Assembly (NCBI GenBank): GCA_001775055.1
Contig: MFBU01000014.1
Location: 120,535-184,534 of the forward strand
DNA from: Candidatus Curtissbacteria bacterium RIFCSPLOWO2_02_41_11
GTDB taxonomy: Bacteria; Patescibacteriota; Microgenomatia; Curtissbacterales; GWA2-41-24
Length of the DNA stretch: 64,000 nucleotides
Direction: 5' to 3'
Shown: positions 29,064 through 38,857 of the stretch, piece after piece
Layout of the letters: every line of letters begins with the position of its first letter
Numbering within the stretch: the stretch's first letter is position 1
Translations under genes and position numbers: made by a program
Notes under the pieces: model-generated
What the model was told of the DNA's origin: nothing
What the model saw: the letters and a program-made list of their open reading frames with translations, nothing else
The model's database searches: none

Positions 29064-31271
29064 ATGAAAATTGCATTTATCGCATCATTTGTACCACGCA
29101 AATGTGGTGTTGCCACATACACGAGAGATCTTTCTTTGGAAATACACAAAAAACGTATTCCTATCTCAATTTTTGCAATGGAAAATCCCATGATTCCTAC
29201 TGTATATGCTCCTCCGGTAATGGAAACTATTCAACAAGAAAAAATCGCTGATTACCAAAAAGTTGCAAAACTTCTAAATTCCAGCTCTGTTGATATTGTG
29301 CATTTGCAGCACGAGTTTGGTCTCTTTGGAGGAGCAGATGGTGAATATATCCTGGATCTTGCATCACTACTTAATAAACCACTCGTAGTTACATTCCATA
29401 CAGTACTACTAACACCAACGGAGCATCAGAAATACATTATTCAAGAACTTACACGGTTGTCAAGAAACGTGATTATTATGGATGAAGTGGCAAACAACCG
29501 ACTAGAACAGGTATACGGACTTAACCCCAGCGATAGCGTTTTTATACTGCATGGCGCTCCAATTACTACGATGAAGAAGGATGTTGCAAAAAAAATTATT
29601 AATTTTCCTTACACATTTATTTTACTTGCAAATAATCTGCTCAGTAGAAATAAAGGTATTGAATATGCAATCGAAGCAGTCGCACAAGCTGTTTTAAAAA
29701 TACCAAATTTAGTATTTCTTGTATTAGGAGAAACACATCCTCTTGTCAAAAAAACTGAAGGCGAATCATACAGAGAAGAGCTTATGGAGCAAGTTATTAA
29801 ATTAAAACTCGAAAAGCATATTATCTTTATAAACAAATATTTACCACTTGAGCAGTTGCAAATATATTTGGCTGCTGCTGATGTATATATTACTCCTTAC
29901 CTTGATCCTCAACAAATTACATCAGGTACGCTCTCATATGCAATTGGCGCTGGAAAAGCGTGCATCTCAACTGAGTTCATATATGCCAAAGATATTCTCG
30001 CAAAAGGCCAAGGTATACTGGTGCAGTTTCGTGATAGTAATGCAATTGCAAAGGCTCTTGTCCAATTGTATAAAGATCCAAAAAAGCTTCGAAAATTAGA
30101 AACGAATGCTACTAACCTACGAAAAGATATGCGTTGGTCGCGCGTTGCCCAAAAACATATCTTACTCTACGAAAAAATTCTGCAACTGAATGATTCACAA
30201 ACAATAGCTAAAAAAATTCTACGTGCTCCGCTTGATATTTCATACCTCTCTCATTTAACTGATGCTGTCGGTGTGATTCAGCATACACATCACATCATTC
30301 CAGATAGAAAATTTGGATATAGTACCGACGATAATGCACGGGCACTCATCGTAGTGTCGCAGTTATATAAACAACATAAAACAGACGACATTTTGAAACT
30401 TATCAAACTTTATGTGACTTTTTTAAAATTTGCTCAAAGTGCAAATGGCAAATTTCATACATTTCTCAATTTCAACCGAAGCTGGGACGACACAACCGAT
30501 GTTACCGATCCATATGGAAAAGCCATGTGGGCATTAGGCTTTAATTTATATCTTAACGACAATCCACCTTTTGCACAGTCTGTCCACTCTCTTTTTGTCA
30601 TGAATCTAGAACAGATGGATAATATCCGCGATCTAAGAACTGCAGCTTACACGATGCTTGGGCTGTACTATTATATTCTGACGTATGAATCAAAGACAGA
30701 TGCTGCAGTACAAGCAAGCGTTTATCTGAAAAAATTAGCTGATTTTCTCATTGGCGCATATGAAAAAAGCCACACAACCAGTTGGGATTGGTTTGAAGAT
30801 ACAGTTACATATGATAATTTCCGTCTTCCGCAGGCACTTTTTGCAGCTTACATGATTACCCGAAACGTTAAATATAAAAAGGTTGCAAACTTAACTCTGC
30901 AATTTATCACAAATTGCAATTATGATAAACAGAAGAGTTATTTTGACTTTATCGGACAAGATGGTTGGTATGTAAAAGGAGAAAAAAAGGCAGAGTATGA
31001 CCAGCAACCACTTGAAGCTGCGGCAGCAGTTGATGCATATGTATTTGCTGCTAAGGCATTACATAAAAAAAATTATCTAAGTCGTGCACTTCTTGCATTC
31101 GAGTGGTTTTTTGGCAATAACCGCAATCATAGATATATCTATGATGAAAATACTAAGGGTGTTTTTGACGGGCTTACCAAAAGAGGCGTCAATCAAAATG
31201 AAGGTGCAGAATCAACCGTTTGTTTTTTGATGTCTTGTTTTTCTTTACAACACTCCCTAAAAAAGATTTAG
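29064..31271 (+). CDS. GT4 family glycosyltransferase fused to a C-terminal six-hairpin glycosidase-like domain
   Basis: PRKCGVATY, LQHEFGLFGG, KGIEY, TPY...QITSGTL; C-terminal GYSTDDNARAL, WFE..VTYDN, DQQPLEA, NQNEGAES. Confidence 0.85.
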   Translation: MKIAFIASFVPRKCGVATYTRDLSLEIHKKRIPISIFAMENPMIPTVYAPPVMETIQQEKIADYQKVAKLLNSSSVDIVHLQHEFGLFGGADGEYILDLASLLNKPLVVTFHTVLLTPTEHQKYIIQELTRLSRNVIIMDEVANNRLEQVYGLNPSDSVFILHGAPITTMKKDVAKKIINFPYTFILLANNLLSRNKGIEYAIEAVAQAVLKIPNLVFLVLGETHPLVKKTEGESYREELMEQVIKLKLEKHIIFINKYLPLEQLQIYLAAADVYITPYLDPQQITSGTLSYAIGAGKACISTEFIYAKDILAKGQGILVQFRDSNAIAKALVQLYKDPKKLRKLETNATNLRKDMRWSRVAQKHILLYEKILQLNDSQTIAKKILRAPLDISYLSHLTDAVGVIQHTHHIIPDRKFGYSTDDNARALIVVSQLYKQHKTDDILKLIKLYVTFLKFAQSANGKFHTFLNFNRSWDDTTDVTDPYGKAMWALGFNLYLNDNPPFAQSVHSLFVMNLEQMDNIRDLRTAAYTMLGLYYYILTYESKTDAAVQASVYLKKLADFLIGAYEKSHTTSWDWFEDTVTYDNFRLPQALFAAYMITRNVKYKKVANLTLQFITNCNYDKQKSYFDFIGQDGWYVKGEKKAEYDQQPLEAAAAVDAYVFAAKALHKKNYLSRALLAFEWFFGNNRNHRYIYDENTKGVFDGLTKRGVNQNEGAESTVCFLMSCFSLQHSLKKI

Positions 31272-32177
31272 CACTAATTTTTTTTCGACAGTAGCAACTC
31301 CTATCACACGATCAGCAGCACCATAGTAGACGTAATAGATACCACCCTTTTCGATTGCTCCGCAGGTAAATACGACATTGGGAACAAAACCAAATGTTTC
31401 ATAATCAGTTTCAGGTTCAAATATCGGTTCTGGTGAACGATATAAGATTTTTGTTGGGTCATTCCTATCAAGAAACATGATGCCCAATCTGTAGATATTT
31501 TCTTCATCAACACCATGATAAAAAAGAAGCCACCCTTTTTCGGTTTCTATAGGAGGCGAGCCGATACCAGTTCGCTTACTATCCCAAAACCCTGCTCGAT
31601 TATTAAAGACGGGATATACTTGCGGCCACAAGTTGAGTTGATCTGATTTTGCAAAATAGCTTATGCTGTTTTCTTTCCTATAAAGAAGCCAATACTCACC
31701 GTTTATTTTTTTGGGAAATAAACTCGCATTTTTTCCCACTATATAAGGCAGGATAATACCGTGTTCATGGAAAGATCTAAAGTCTTTTGTTGAAATCATA
31801 GCGATATGGGCTACCATGTTAATTAATTCTGGCCAATTGGGATTTATTTTTCCTTGTGGGTTTTCGGAGACTATTGTAAACGTTATAAAAAACATATCAT
31901 TTATTTTTACGATTCGAGGATCTTCGACACCAAGTTTTCTAAATTTTTCTTCTCTTGCGAAGTAGACAGGCTTTTCTCTTCGTTCGAAATGAATTCCATC
32001 ATGACTTGTGGATAGACCAAAGCGTGAAGTAGACTCGTTTTTTCCTCGCGCTCTGTAAAGAAGATATACAATATCCTTTGATACAACTGCACCAGGGTTG
32101 AAAACAAGCCTATTCTCCCATGATAAATTCGACGGCGTAAGAATGGGATTTTCTTTTGCGCGGGTAAGCTTGACCAT
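31257..32177 (-). CDS. GH130 family glycosidase/phosphorylase
   Basis: NPILTP, VFNPGA, LLYRA, GVEDPR, K.ASLFP, WLLFYHG, VPNVVF.CG, YYGAAD. Confidence 0.88.
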   Translation of the reverse strand: MVKLTRAKENPILTPSNLSWENRLVFNPGAVVSKDIVYLLYRARGKNESTSRFGLSTSHDGIHFERREKPVYFAREEKFRKLGVEDPRIVKINDMFFITFTIVSENPQGKINPNWPELINMVAHIAMISTKDFRSFHEHGIILPYIVGKNASLFPKKINGEYWLLYRKENSISYFAKSDQLNLWPQVYPVFNNRAGFWDSKRTGIGSPPIETEKGWLLFYHGVDEENIYRLGIMFLDRNDPTKILYRSPEPIFEPETDYETFGFVPNVVFTCGAIEKGGIYYVYYGAADRVIGVATVEKKLVLNLF

Positions 32178-32398
32178 AAAAATAGTTTATACCTAAAATA
32201 CTTCAACTTGCATCTATTAAAAAGAATTTTAGGTACATAATCGGTTAACGAGAGTTGCAAACTCGAGTTAAACGAGTTTATATCACTTGTTATAACGGCA
32301 CAATACTACCGGGGTGTGGGACTTGCCTAGGCAAAGTAGAAATTTTCTCACCGAAAAACTAATGCGAAAAGAGAAGAAAAGCTCGCGATAAAGGGGTC

Positions 32399-32764
32399 GA
32401 CATACACATATCAGTCCCGGCTGTTAAAGTCGAAAAATTAACCGGCAAATTTCAGGCCGAGTCATCATCACAGATTCAAAAACGAGTTCAGAGAGCTCGC
32501 GACTTTCAGCTTAAAAGATTCAAAGGTTTAAAAATTACCTCAAATTCCGAGATGAACAATAAACAATTAAAGCAATTCTGCAATCTCGATGATCAATCAA
32601 TTCTCCTTTTAAAACAAGCAATCTCCAAACTCAATCTTTCTGCCAGAGCCTTTCACAGAGTAATTAAAATCGCCCGCACAATTGCAGACTTAGAAGGATC
32701 AGAAAAGATTAAATCAAACCACGTCGCAGAAGCCCTGCAGTATAGACCACAAGTGGATAGTTAG
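32399..32764 (+). pseudogene. comM: Orphan 3' fragment of comM (direct repeat copy 2 plus a diverged tail)
   Basis: 32405-32689 identical to 28487-28771; the last 25 codons encode nearly the same peptide as the comM C-terminus; no 5' part of the gene. Confidence 0.9.
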
Positions 32765-32781
32765 TCTGTTAGAATAAACGA

Positions 32782-33402
32782 GTGAAGAGACTTGTTATCA
32801 TTTCAGTAATTTTTATCCTTGTTTTTATAATTGCTTCTATAATTACAGCGATTATTATTAGCTTTACGGTTGTAAAGCCGACCACAGAGGCAATCAATCA
32901 AAAACTTGCCGAGCATTTTGCAAAGATTGTGCGTATTCCTAAAGGTATTCTGCCTCCAAATATCGGGTTTGACTTAACAAGTTATTCATGGGAAATGGAA
33001 ACTATCGAGAAAGAAGTAACCGGAATTAAGTTCAGTTATAATCCTGCTTTTGTCAGAAACCAAAGCGTTATATTAGCTACTTTAGAAATGCCCGAAGGAG
33101 GGGACGTCAGCATTTTTAATAAGGTCTTGGGTGCGGTTGTTTCCGATAAACAATCGCTAAATTCTGCGCTTGATATTGAGAAAGCAAATTTATCGGCAAA
33201 TCAGGATGCCGGATATAGTAAAATTAACCTTTCAATTAAGCCGGAAACCAAACAAACAATCAAAATAACTTGGGAATACGATAAAAGTAAGCTGGGCAAT
33301 GATCTAAGTCAAGACTATGCTAAACTTGCTAAATACCCCCCGTCGCTGTTAGGGATATTTTACGGTTTGCCCCACTTAATCATAGGACTGCTTGGAGGCT
33401 AA
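32782..33402 (+). CDS. Hypothetical protein with N-terminal membrane anchor
   Basis: 206 aa ORF with a hydrophobic N-terminus; no motif recognised. Confidence 0.65.
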   Translation: MKRLVIISVIFILVFIIASIITAIIISFTVVKPTTEAINQKLAEHFAKIVRIPKGILPPNIGFDLTSYSWEMETIEKEVTGIKFSYNPAFVRNQSVILATLEMPEGGDVSIFNKVLGAVVSDKQSLNSALDIEKANLSANQDAGYSKINLSIKPETKQTIKITWEYDKSKLGNDLSQDYAKLAKYPPSLLGIFYGLPHLIIGLLGG

Positions 33403-33412
33403 TTGTCTCTAG

Positions 33413-33458
33413 AAAAAACCCCACTAGATCACTTTCGTAATTTGTCTTGGGGCTTTTT
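33413..33458. terminator. Probable bidirectional intrinsic terminator
   Basis: AAAAAACCCCA...TGGGGCTTTTT between convergent genes. Confidence 0.5.
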
Positions 33459-33480
33459 CTATATCTATGCTTGAAGATTA

Positions 33481-33621
33481 CTAACCACCAATTTTAAACA
33501 TGGTCGTGCCGCAAACTGGACATTTCCCTTTCATTGCTGGTTTGCCGTTTTTCATGGTTACTTTTTGAGCATTGGGGTCGTCCCTCTTTTCGCGGCACTT
33601 AACGCAGTACATCTGAGTCAT
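33481..33621 (-). CDS. 46-aa zinc-ribbon protein, DUF5679-like (not in the ORF track)
   Basis: MTQMYCVKCREKRDDPNAQKVTMKNGKPAMKGKCPVCGTTMFKIGG; two CxxC motifs; strong SD TAAGGAGGTG upstream. Confidence 0.88.
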   Translation of the reverse strand: MTQMYCVKCREKRDDPNAQKVTMKNGKPAMKGKCPVCGTTMFKIGG

Positions 33622-33726
33622 TCTTTTAATCACCTCCTTAGGCAGTCAAGTCTTGAAGTTCTAGGTTCATTCTGAGGCTACCTAGCTTCGATTAGCTTCA
33701 ACCATAGCACAGGCTTGAAGCTAAAG

Positions 33727-34014
33727 TCAAGGGAGCGCAATATTGGGCAAAAATTGACGAAGTAGTACGAGGGCAACCTGAACAGTAATAATTACGGCAG
33801 TCAGGACCATAATTTTTAAAAGATCGCCCCTAACGTAGCTATAGTCACCCTCAATTTTTTTGGTTAAATTGTGAGTTTGGTTTGACAACGGGGAAGCCTT
33901 TAATGTTGTCTTTTCAGTTACTTCTTGAGCCGAGTTGGTACTGGTTTTAGTTTCGATAAAAGTAAAACGACGAGCAGCGGCAGCAATTTTCTCTCTCTTA
34001 GTCCTAAACGGCAT
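33727..34014 (-). CDS. Small hypothetical protein with C-terminal TM helix
   Basis: 95 aa; YSYV..DLLKI followed by a hydrophobic helix. Confidence 0.6.
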   Translation of the reverse strand: MPFRTKREKIAAAARRFTFIETKTSTNSAQEVTEKTTLKASPLSNQTHNLTKKIEGDYSYVRGDLLKIMVLTAVIITVQVALVLLRQFLPNIALP

Positions 34015-34170
34015 CTTATTTTGGATATCTTAACACATTATAATCAGTCCGAAAAAAATATTTGTAACTTGGCACTATGACGATTTGAGTTTCTTAAAAC
34101 CCTGACTGCGGGATTGACAATTTTAATACCTGCATGGTAAAAGAAGGGGTACTAAATTTATCCAAAGTTT

Positions 34171-34641
34171 ATGTGGCAACAGGTAGGAGCCACTGAGTAT
34201 TTAATAGCGGGACTGGCAATTTGGCTTGCGATTTTAAGTATCTTTCTATTTAAAACAATCAGTCATTACCGAAAACTTACAAAAGGGGTAAAAGGACAAA
34301 CACTGGATAAAGTTTTAGAAGAGATTATCGACAAACTTAATTTACATGATCAACAGAAACAACAGCTCATCAAACATATTCAAAAACTCGAAGATTGGCA
34401 AAAGATTTGTTTTTCCAAGCATGCACTCATCCGTTTCAACCCTTTTGAAGACACTGGTGGTGATCAAAGTTTTGTTTTAAGCCTGCTTGATGGGACTAAC
34501 AATGGAGTGGTCATCTCATCTTTGCATTCAAGAGGCGGAACCAGAGTTTATGCCAAAGGGGTTTTCGGTGCCAAACCGACAACCCACCCGTTTTCCAAGG
34601 AGGAAAAAGAGGTAGTTGAAAAAGCTGCCCGCCAAGTCTGA
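34171..34641 (+). CDS. DUF4446 family protein
   Basis: N-terminal TM; RFNPFEDTGGDQSF..SLLD...NGVVISSLHSR..TRVYAK. Confidence 0.85.
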   Translation: MWQQVGATEYLIAGLAIWLAILSIFLFKTISHYRKLTKGVKGQTLDKVLEEIIDKLNLHDQQKQQLIKHIQKLEDWQKICFSKHALIRFNPFEDTGGDQSFVLSLLDGTNNGVVISSLHSRGGTRVYAKGVFGAKPTTHPFSKEEKEVVEKAARQV

Positions 34642-34659
34642 CTTGGCAACAAAATAACT

Positions 34660-35787
34660 TTGAATAAGAAAAAACTGCTACTTATTATTGCCGGAGCGTT
34701 GGTTTTATATTTAGCCTCGGCCGGACTATCTTATATGGTTTTTAATACGGTTTTAAAAGGACCGGTCAATATCGTTACACCTTTTGGCAGTCTAACTGAT
34801 GTTACTTCCCAACAAGAAGAAGGTTCTAAGGATAAGCCCTGCCCATTAAACGGCGCTCTTTACACCAAAAGTAGGCAAGAGAAATGGCAGGAAAGAAGGC
34901 CGCTTGGCGTGATGGTTGAAAACCATCTGGATTCAAGACCATCGCTCGGTTTGTCCCGTGCCGATGTAATCTATGAAGCTGTTGCCGAAGGCGGCATTAC
35001 CAGATTTTTGGCACTTTATCTTTGCCAAGACGCTGGCGATATCGCACCTGTCAGATCCGCCAGAACTTACTTTTTGGATTGGGTGTTGGAATATAATGCA
35101 CTCTATGCTCATGTCGGCGGCGCCAATACGCCCGGACCGGCAGACGCTCTTGGTCAAATTAGACAATATGGAATTTTAGATATGGATCAGTTTGGTTTAG
35201 GCTTTCCGACTTACTGGCGAGGGACGGATAAACTTGCTCCTCACAATGTTCATTCAACCACCAAAAAACTTTGGGAAGCAGCAGAAGAAAGAGGTTTTGG
35301 TCCAAAAGATGAAAAAGGCAATCGTTGGGACAAGAATTTTATAGAGTGGAAATTTAAAGACGATGCTTCACTTAATGACCGTGGCGATCAAAAACCAGTG
35401 GCCGTACCTTTTTGGACGCAAGCTCCTGATTACACGGTAACTTGGCAATATGATAAAAATGCCAATTTATATCGCCGATTTCACGACCAAGCAGCTCAAA
35501 ATGATCCAATAACCAATGAGCAGCTTTCTGCCAAAAACGTAATCGTCCAGTTTCAGACTGAAAGAACCGCCAACGACGGATATCCTGATGGCCATCTGCT
35601 TTACGGCACGACCGGGTCCGGCAATGCACTTATTTTTATGGATGGTAAAGTAGTCAAGGGAAAATGGATCAAGAAAGACAGAACGTCAAGAACTCAATAT
35701 GTCGACGAGCGCGGCAAAGAAGTTCAATTTAATAGAGGACTTATTTGGATCGAAACTGTACCTGTTGGCAATGTTGTCGAGTATTAA
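34660..35787 (+). CDS. DUF3048 domain protein
   Basis: RPLGVMVEN, GLS.AD.IYE..AEGGITRFLA, PVRSAR, HVGG, APHN. Confidence 0.85.
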   Translation: MNKKKLLLIIAGALVLYLASAGLSYMVFNTVLKGPVNIVTPFGSLTDVTSQQEEGSKDKPCPLNGALYTKSRQEKWQERRPLGVMVENHLDSRPSLGLSRADVIYEAVAEGGITRFLALYLCQDAGDIAPVRSARTYFLDWVLEYNALYAHVGGANTPGPADALGQIRQYGILDMDQFGLGFPTYWRGTDKLAPHNVHSTTKKLWEAAEERGFGPKDEKGNRWDKNFIEWKFKDDASLNDRGDQKPVAVPFWTQAPDYTVTWQYDKNANLYRRFHDQAAQNDPITNEQLSAKNVIVQFQTERTANDGYPDGHLLYGTTGSGNALIFMDGKVVKGKWIKKDRTSRTQYVDERGKEVQFNRGLIWIETVPVGNVVEY

Positions 35788-36032
35788 ACAAACATTTTCG
35801 GTCTGCTGGAGGTCCTACCTTTAAAGAACTGCCATATTAATCTGCTCAGTAATTTCTAATTTTAAATTTGAAATTTTTAATCAATATTTAATTTTAAAAT
35901 TACAAACATTTAAGTTTCAATATCAGCAATGCTAAAGCATTCGGATATATCAGGAAAGCCTCGCTTCATACCGAAAGCTTGAAGTAAATGGCTGATATAA
36001 AAATTGAAAATTATAAATCGAAAATTTAAACA

Positions 36033-36611
36033 ATGTTAGTTGATATTTTAATTTCAAAAGTCAGGGTTAAGGTCTTAGAGCTTTTTTTAGGAAATCCCGG
36101 TCAAATCTATCATGTCAGGGACATAGTCAGAAGAGTCGATGAAGAGATTAATGCCGTCAGGCGCGAATTGGCAAGGCTTGAAAAAACCGGACTTCTAACA
36201 AGTGAATGGCGTGCCAATCGCCGGTTCTATGCAATCCGCCGCGAGTTTATTTTCTTTAACGAACTTTTATCGATTATCAATAAAAGTGTTGGACTCGGCG
36301 GGGCAATTATCGCCAATAAACAAAAACTTGGCAAAATAAAATATGCAATGCTTTCAAGCTCGTTTGTCAAAGGCAAGCCTTACACTCAAAATGATGTCGA
36401 TTTATTTGTAGTCGGCACCATCGTTTTACCGGAATTAGGTGCAATTATCCGCGAGGAAGAGGCCAGACGCGCAAGAGAAATAAATTTTACACCGATGGCC
36501 GAAGAGGAATTTAATTTCCGCAAGAATCGTCGTGATCCTTTTGTGATGGGAATTTTGGCAAAACCGCGTGTGATGTTAATCGGCGATGAAGAAGAAATGG
36601 TTAAACTTTAA
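36033..36611 (+). CDS. Winged-HTH protein with C-terminal nucleotidyltransferase-like domain
   Basis: SKVRVK.L.LF, HVR.I.R..DEEINAVRREL..L; DVDLFVVG. Confidence 0.7.
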   Translation: MLVDILISKVRVKVLELFLGNPGQIYHVRDIVRRVDEEINAVRRELARLEKTGLLTSEWRANRRFYAIRREFIFFNELLSIINKSVGLGGAIIANKQKLGKIKYAMLSSSFVKGKPYTQNDVDLFVVGTIVLPELGAIIREEEARRAREINFTPMAEEEFNFRKNRRDPFVMGILAKPRVMLIGDEEEMVKL

Positions 36612-36653
36612 CTTTAAGATACGCTTTCCCCAATTTTAGTATAATTCTGATTA

Positions 36654-37964
36654 ATGCTGAAAAATCCCAGAAGGATTCTTTTATTAATTGTTCTTTTAAC
36701 AATCGCTGCTGTTTTCCTCGATCTCCCCAAATTTAAAATCAGGAATATAGAAATTTCCCACCCCAAGATAAATACAAAGCTTGTAAAGCGCGATTTGGAA
36801 CCAAAACTTGGACTTGATCTTGCAGGCGGAGTTCAACTAACAATGTCTGCCGACATGCAAAATATTGACCCACAAGATCGTGATGCCGCTCTTGCATCCG
36901 CCAAAGATATAGTCGAAAATAGAATTGATTCCTTAGGCGTTGCCGAACCGGTAATTCAAACCGCCAAAACGCAAGCTCAATACAGACTTATCATTGAAAT
37001 TCCCGGGATTTCCGATATCGATCAAGCAGTTGCCACAGTCAAAAAAACAGCTCATCTTGAATTTAAAATTCTCAAAAAAGACTCATCCGCGGAAGCAACC
37101 TATGCCGCAAAACCAGAAGATTTTGAAGCCTCCGGTCTTACCGGTAAAGACTTAAAAAGAGCAGCCGCTGCGCCAAGTCAGGATCCTGGGACTCCCGGCT
37201 ATGTCGTCAATCTGACATTTAATCAAGATGGCGCCAAAAAATTGGAAGTGATTACCGCCGACAACCTTGAAAAGCCAATGGCTATGTATCTTGATGACCA
37301 ACCGATTTCTTGGCCGCCACCGGTAATTAAGGCGGTAATCACAGACGGCAATGCCCAAATCACCGGCAACTTTACATCAGATGAGGCCAAACAACTATCC
37401 ATTCAACTTAATGCCGGTGCTCTGCCGGTGCCCTTAAAGATTGAAAGTCAAACTCGCGTCGGGCCGACCATCGGCGCAGGTTCAATTCAAAAAAGTATTT
37501 TTGCGACGGTAGTTGGTCTTTTGTCCGTTGCACTCTTTATGGTCATTTATTATCGCATTCTTGGTATTTTTGCAGTTCTGGCACTTTTTATTTATACCCT
37601 TATTGTATTTGCAATTTTCAAAATAATTCCGGTTACTTTGACCTTGGCAGGCATTGCCGGTTTTGTTCTTTCTATTGGCATGGCCGTTGATGCCAACATT
37701 TTAATTTTTGAAAGAATCAAGGAAGAAGTTCGCTGGGGCAAACCAAAACATGAGGCTCTCTTTGCTGGTTTTAACAGGGCTTGGTCTTCAATTCGCGATT
37801 CCAATGTCTCATCACTAATTACCACTGTTATTCTTTTTAATTTCGGCACTGGCTCAATTCGCGGTTTTGCCTTAACTTTGGCAATTGGCATTTTAGTCTC
37901 AATGTTTTCGGCAATTACCGTGACTAGAACTTTTATTAGAGTATTTTGGGTACGCCAGTCATGA
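36654..37964 (+). CDS. secD: Protein translocase subunit SecD
   Basis: LGLDLAGG, RID.LGVAEP, L.AGALP, GPTIG, SIGMAVDANILIFERIKEE. Confidence 0.96.
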   Translation: MLKNPRRILLLIVLLTIAAVFLDLPKFKIRNIEISHPKINTKLVKRDLEPKLGLDLAGGVQLTMSADMQNIDPQDRDAALASAKDIVENRIDSLGVAEPVIQTAKTQAQYRLIIEIPGISDIDQAVATVKKTAHLEFKILKKDSSAEATYAAKPEDFEASGLTGKDLKRAAAAPSQDPGTPGYVVNLTFNQDGAKKLEVITADNLEKPMAMYLDDQPISWPPPVIKAVITDGNAQITGNFTSDEAKQLSIQLNAGALPVPLKIESQTRVGPTIGAGSIQKSIFATVVGLLSVALFMVIYYRILGIFAVLALFIYTLIVFAIFKIIPVTLTLAGIAGFVLSIGMAVDANILIFERIKEEVRWGKPKHEALFAGFNRAWSSIRDSNVSSLITTVILFNFGTGSIRGFALTLAIGILVSMFSAITVTRTFIRVFWVRQS

Positions 37965-38857
37965 ACATTATTAAATATCGCAACTGGTTTTTTGTTCTGT
38001 CTCTTCTGATTATAATTCCAGGCATTATTGCGCTTTCGGTTTGGGGCCTTCGACTGGGTATTGATTTTGCCGGCGGAACGCTTTGGGAAATGAAATTCGA
38101 AAAGGGAAATATCGAAACCTCACAACTTCATCAAGTTTTAAATTTAGAAAAAACCGAAGTTTCTTCTATCGCCGCAACTTCCCAAAATTCATTTTTGGTC
38201 AGATTGAAGATTACTGATGAGGCAAAAATTAATGATCTTAAAGATAAACTTACAAAAGATTTTGGTAGAGTCGAAGATGTCCGTCTGGAAACTGTCGGGC
38301 CGATAATTTCTAAGGAACTGACCAGAAAAGCTGCAACTGCCGTTTTAATTTCAATTTTGGCAATTGTTGCCTATGTCACTTGGGCTTTTAGACAAGTTCC
38401 CAAGCCGGCGACATCAATTGCTTTTGGTATCACCACAATTATTGCCCTTATTCATGATGTTATTGTGGTGGTAGGAATTTTTGCCATTCTTGGCCATTTT
38501 TTTGAAATCGAAGTTGATTCGTTATTTATCACAGCCCTTTTGACCGTAATCGGTTTTTCGGTTCACGATACGATTGTTGTCTTTGACCGTATCCGCGAAA
38601 ATCTCAAAAAGCATGGTGATTTTGCTTTTGAAGAAGTTGTTAACCATTCGGTTGTCCAGACTTTTGCCAGATCCCTAAATACCTCACTGACCGTTGTATT
38701 CGTGCTTCTGGCTCTTCTTCTATTTGGCGGCGCCTCTATTAGAAATTTTGTACTGGCCCTTTTAATTGGAATAGTTTCCGGCACCTACTCCTCAATCTTC
38801 AATGCCGCCCCACTTTTGGTCGTCTGGCAAAAGTTAAAGGTGAAAAATAAAGAATGA
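37961..38857 (+). CDS. secF: Protein translocase subunit SecF
   Basis: LGIDFAGG, VGP.IS.EL, ALIHDV, IGFSVHDTIVVFDRIRE, GTYSSIFNA; ATG at 37961. Confidence 0.96.
   Translation: MNIIKYRNWFFVLSLLIIIPGIIALSVWGLRLGIDFAGGTLWEMKFEKGNIETSQLHQVLNLEKTEVSSIAATSQNSFLVRLKITDEAKINDLKDKLTKDFGRVEDVRLETVGPIISKELTRKAATAVLISILAIVAYVTWAFRQVPKPATSIAFGITTIIALIHDVIVVVGIFAILGHFFEIEVDSLFITALLTVIGFSVHDTIVVFDRIRENLKKHGDFAFEEVVNHSVVQTFARSLNTSLTVVFVLLALLLFGGASIRNFVLALLIGIVSGTYSSIFNAAPLLVVWQKLKVKNKE

Noticed and set aside
29064-31271. GT4 fusion as the MshA partner of the MshB/MshC-like pair
   Set aside because: It is 16 kb away, inside a separate insert, has a different architecture and is paired with GH130.
32245-32300. 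TTAAC...GTTAA hairpin and GTTATAAC as an integron attC site
   Set aside because: Too short, R and L boxes are not convincing, single copy, and no integrase; it may be a promoter or operator of the GH130 gene.
28481-32764. comM repeat pair as a diversity-generating retroelement TR/VR
   Set aside because: Differences are mostly synonymous, are not restricted to adenines, are absent over 285 A-rich bp, and no reverse transcriptase is present.
32552-32764. 70-aa ORF as an independent gene
   Set aside because: It is the in-frame tail of the duplicated comM fragment.
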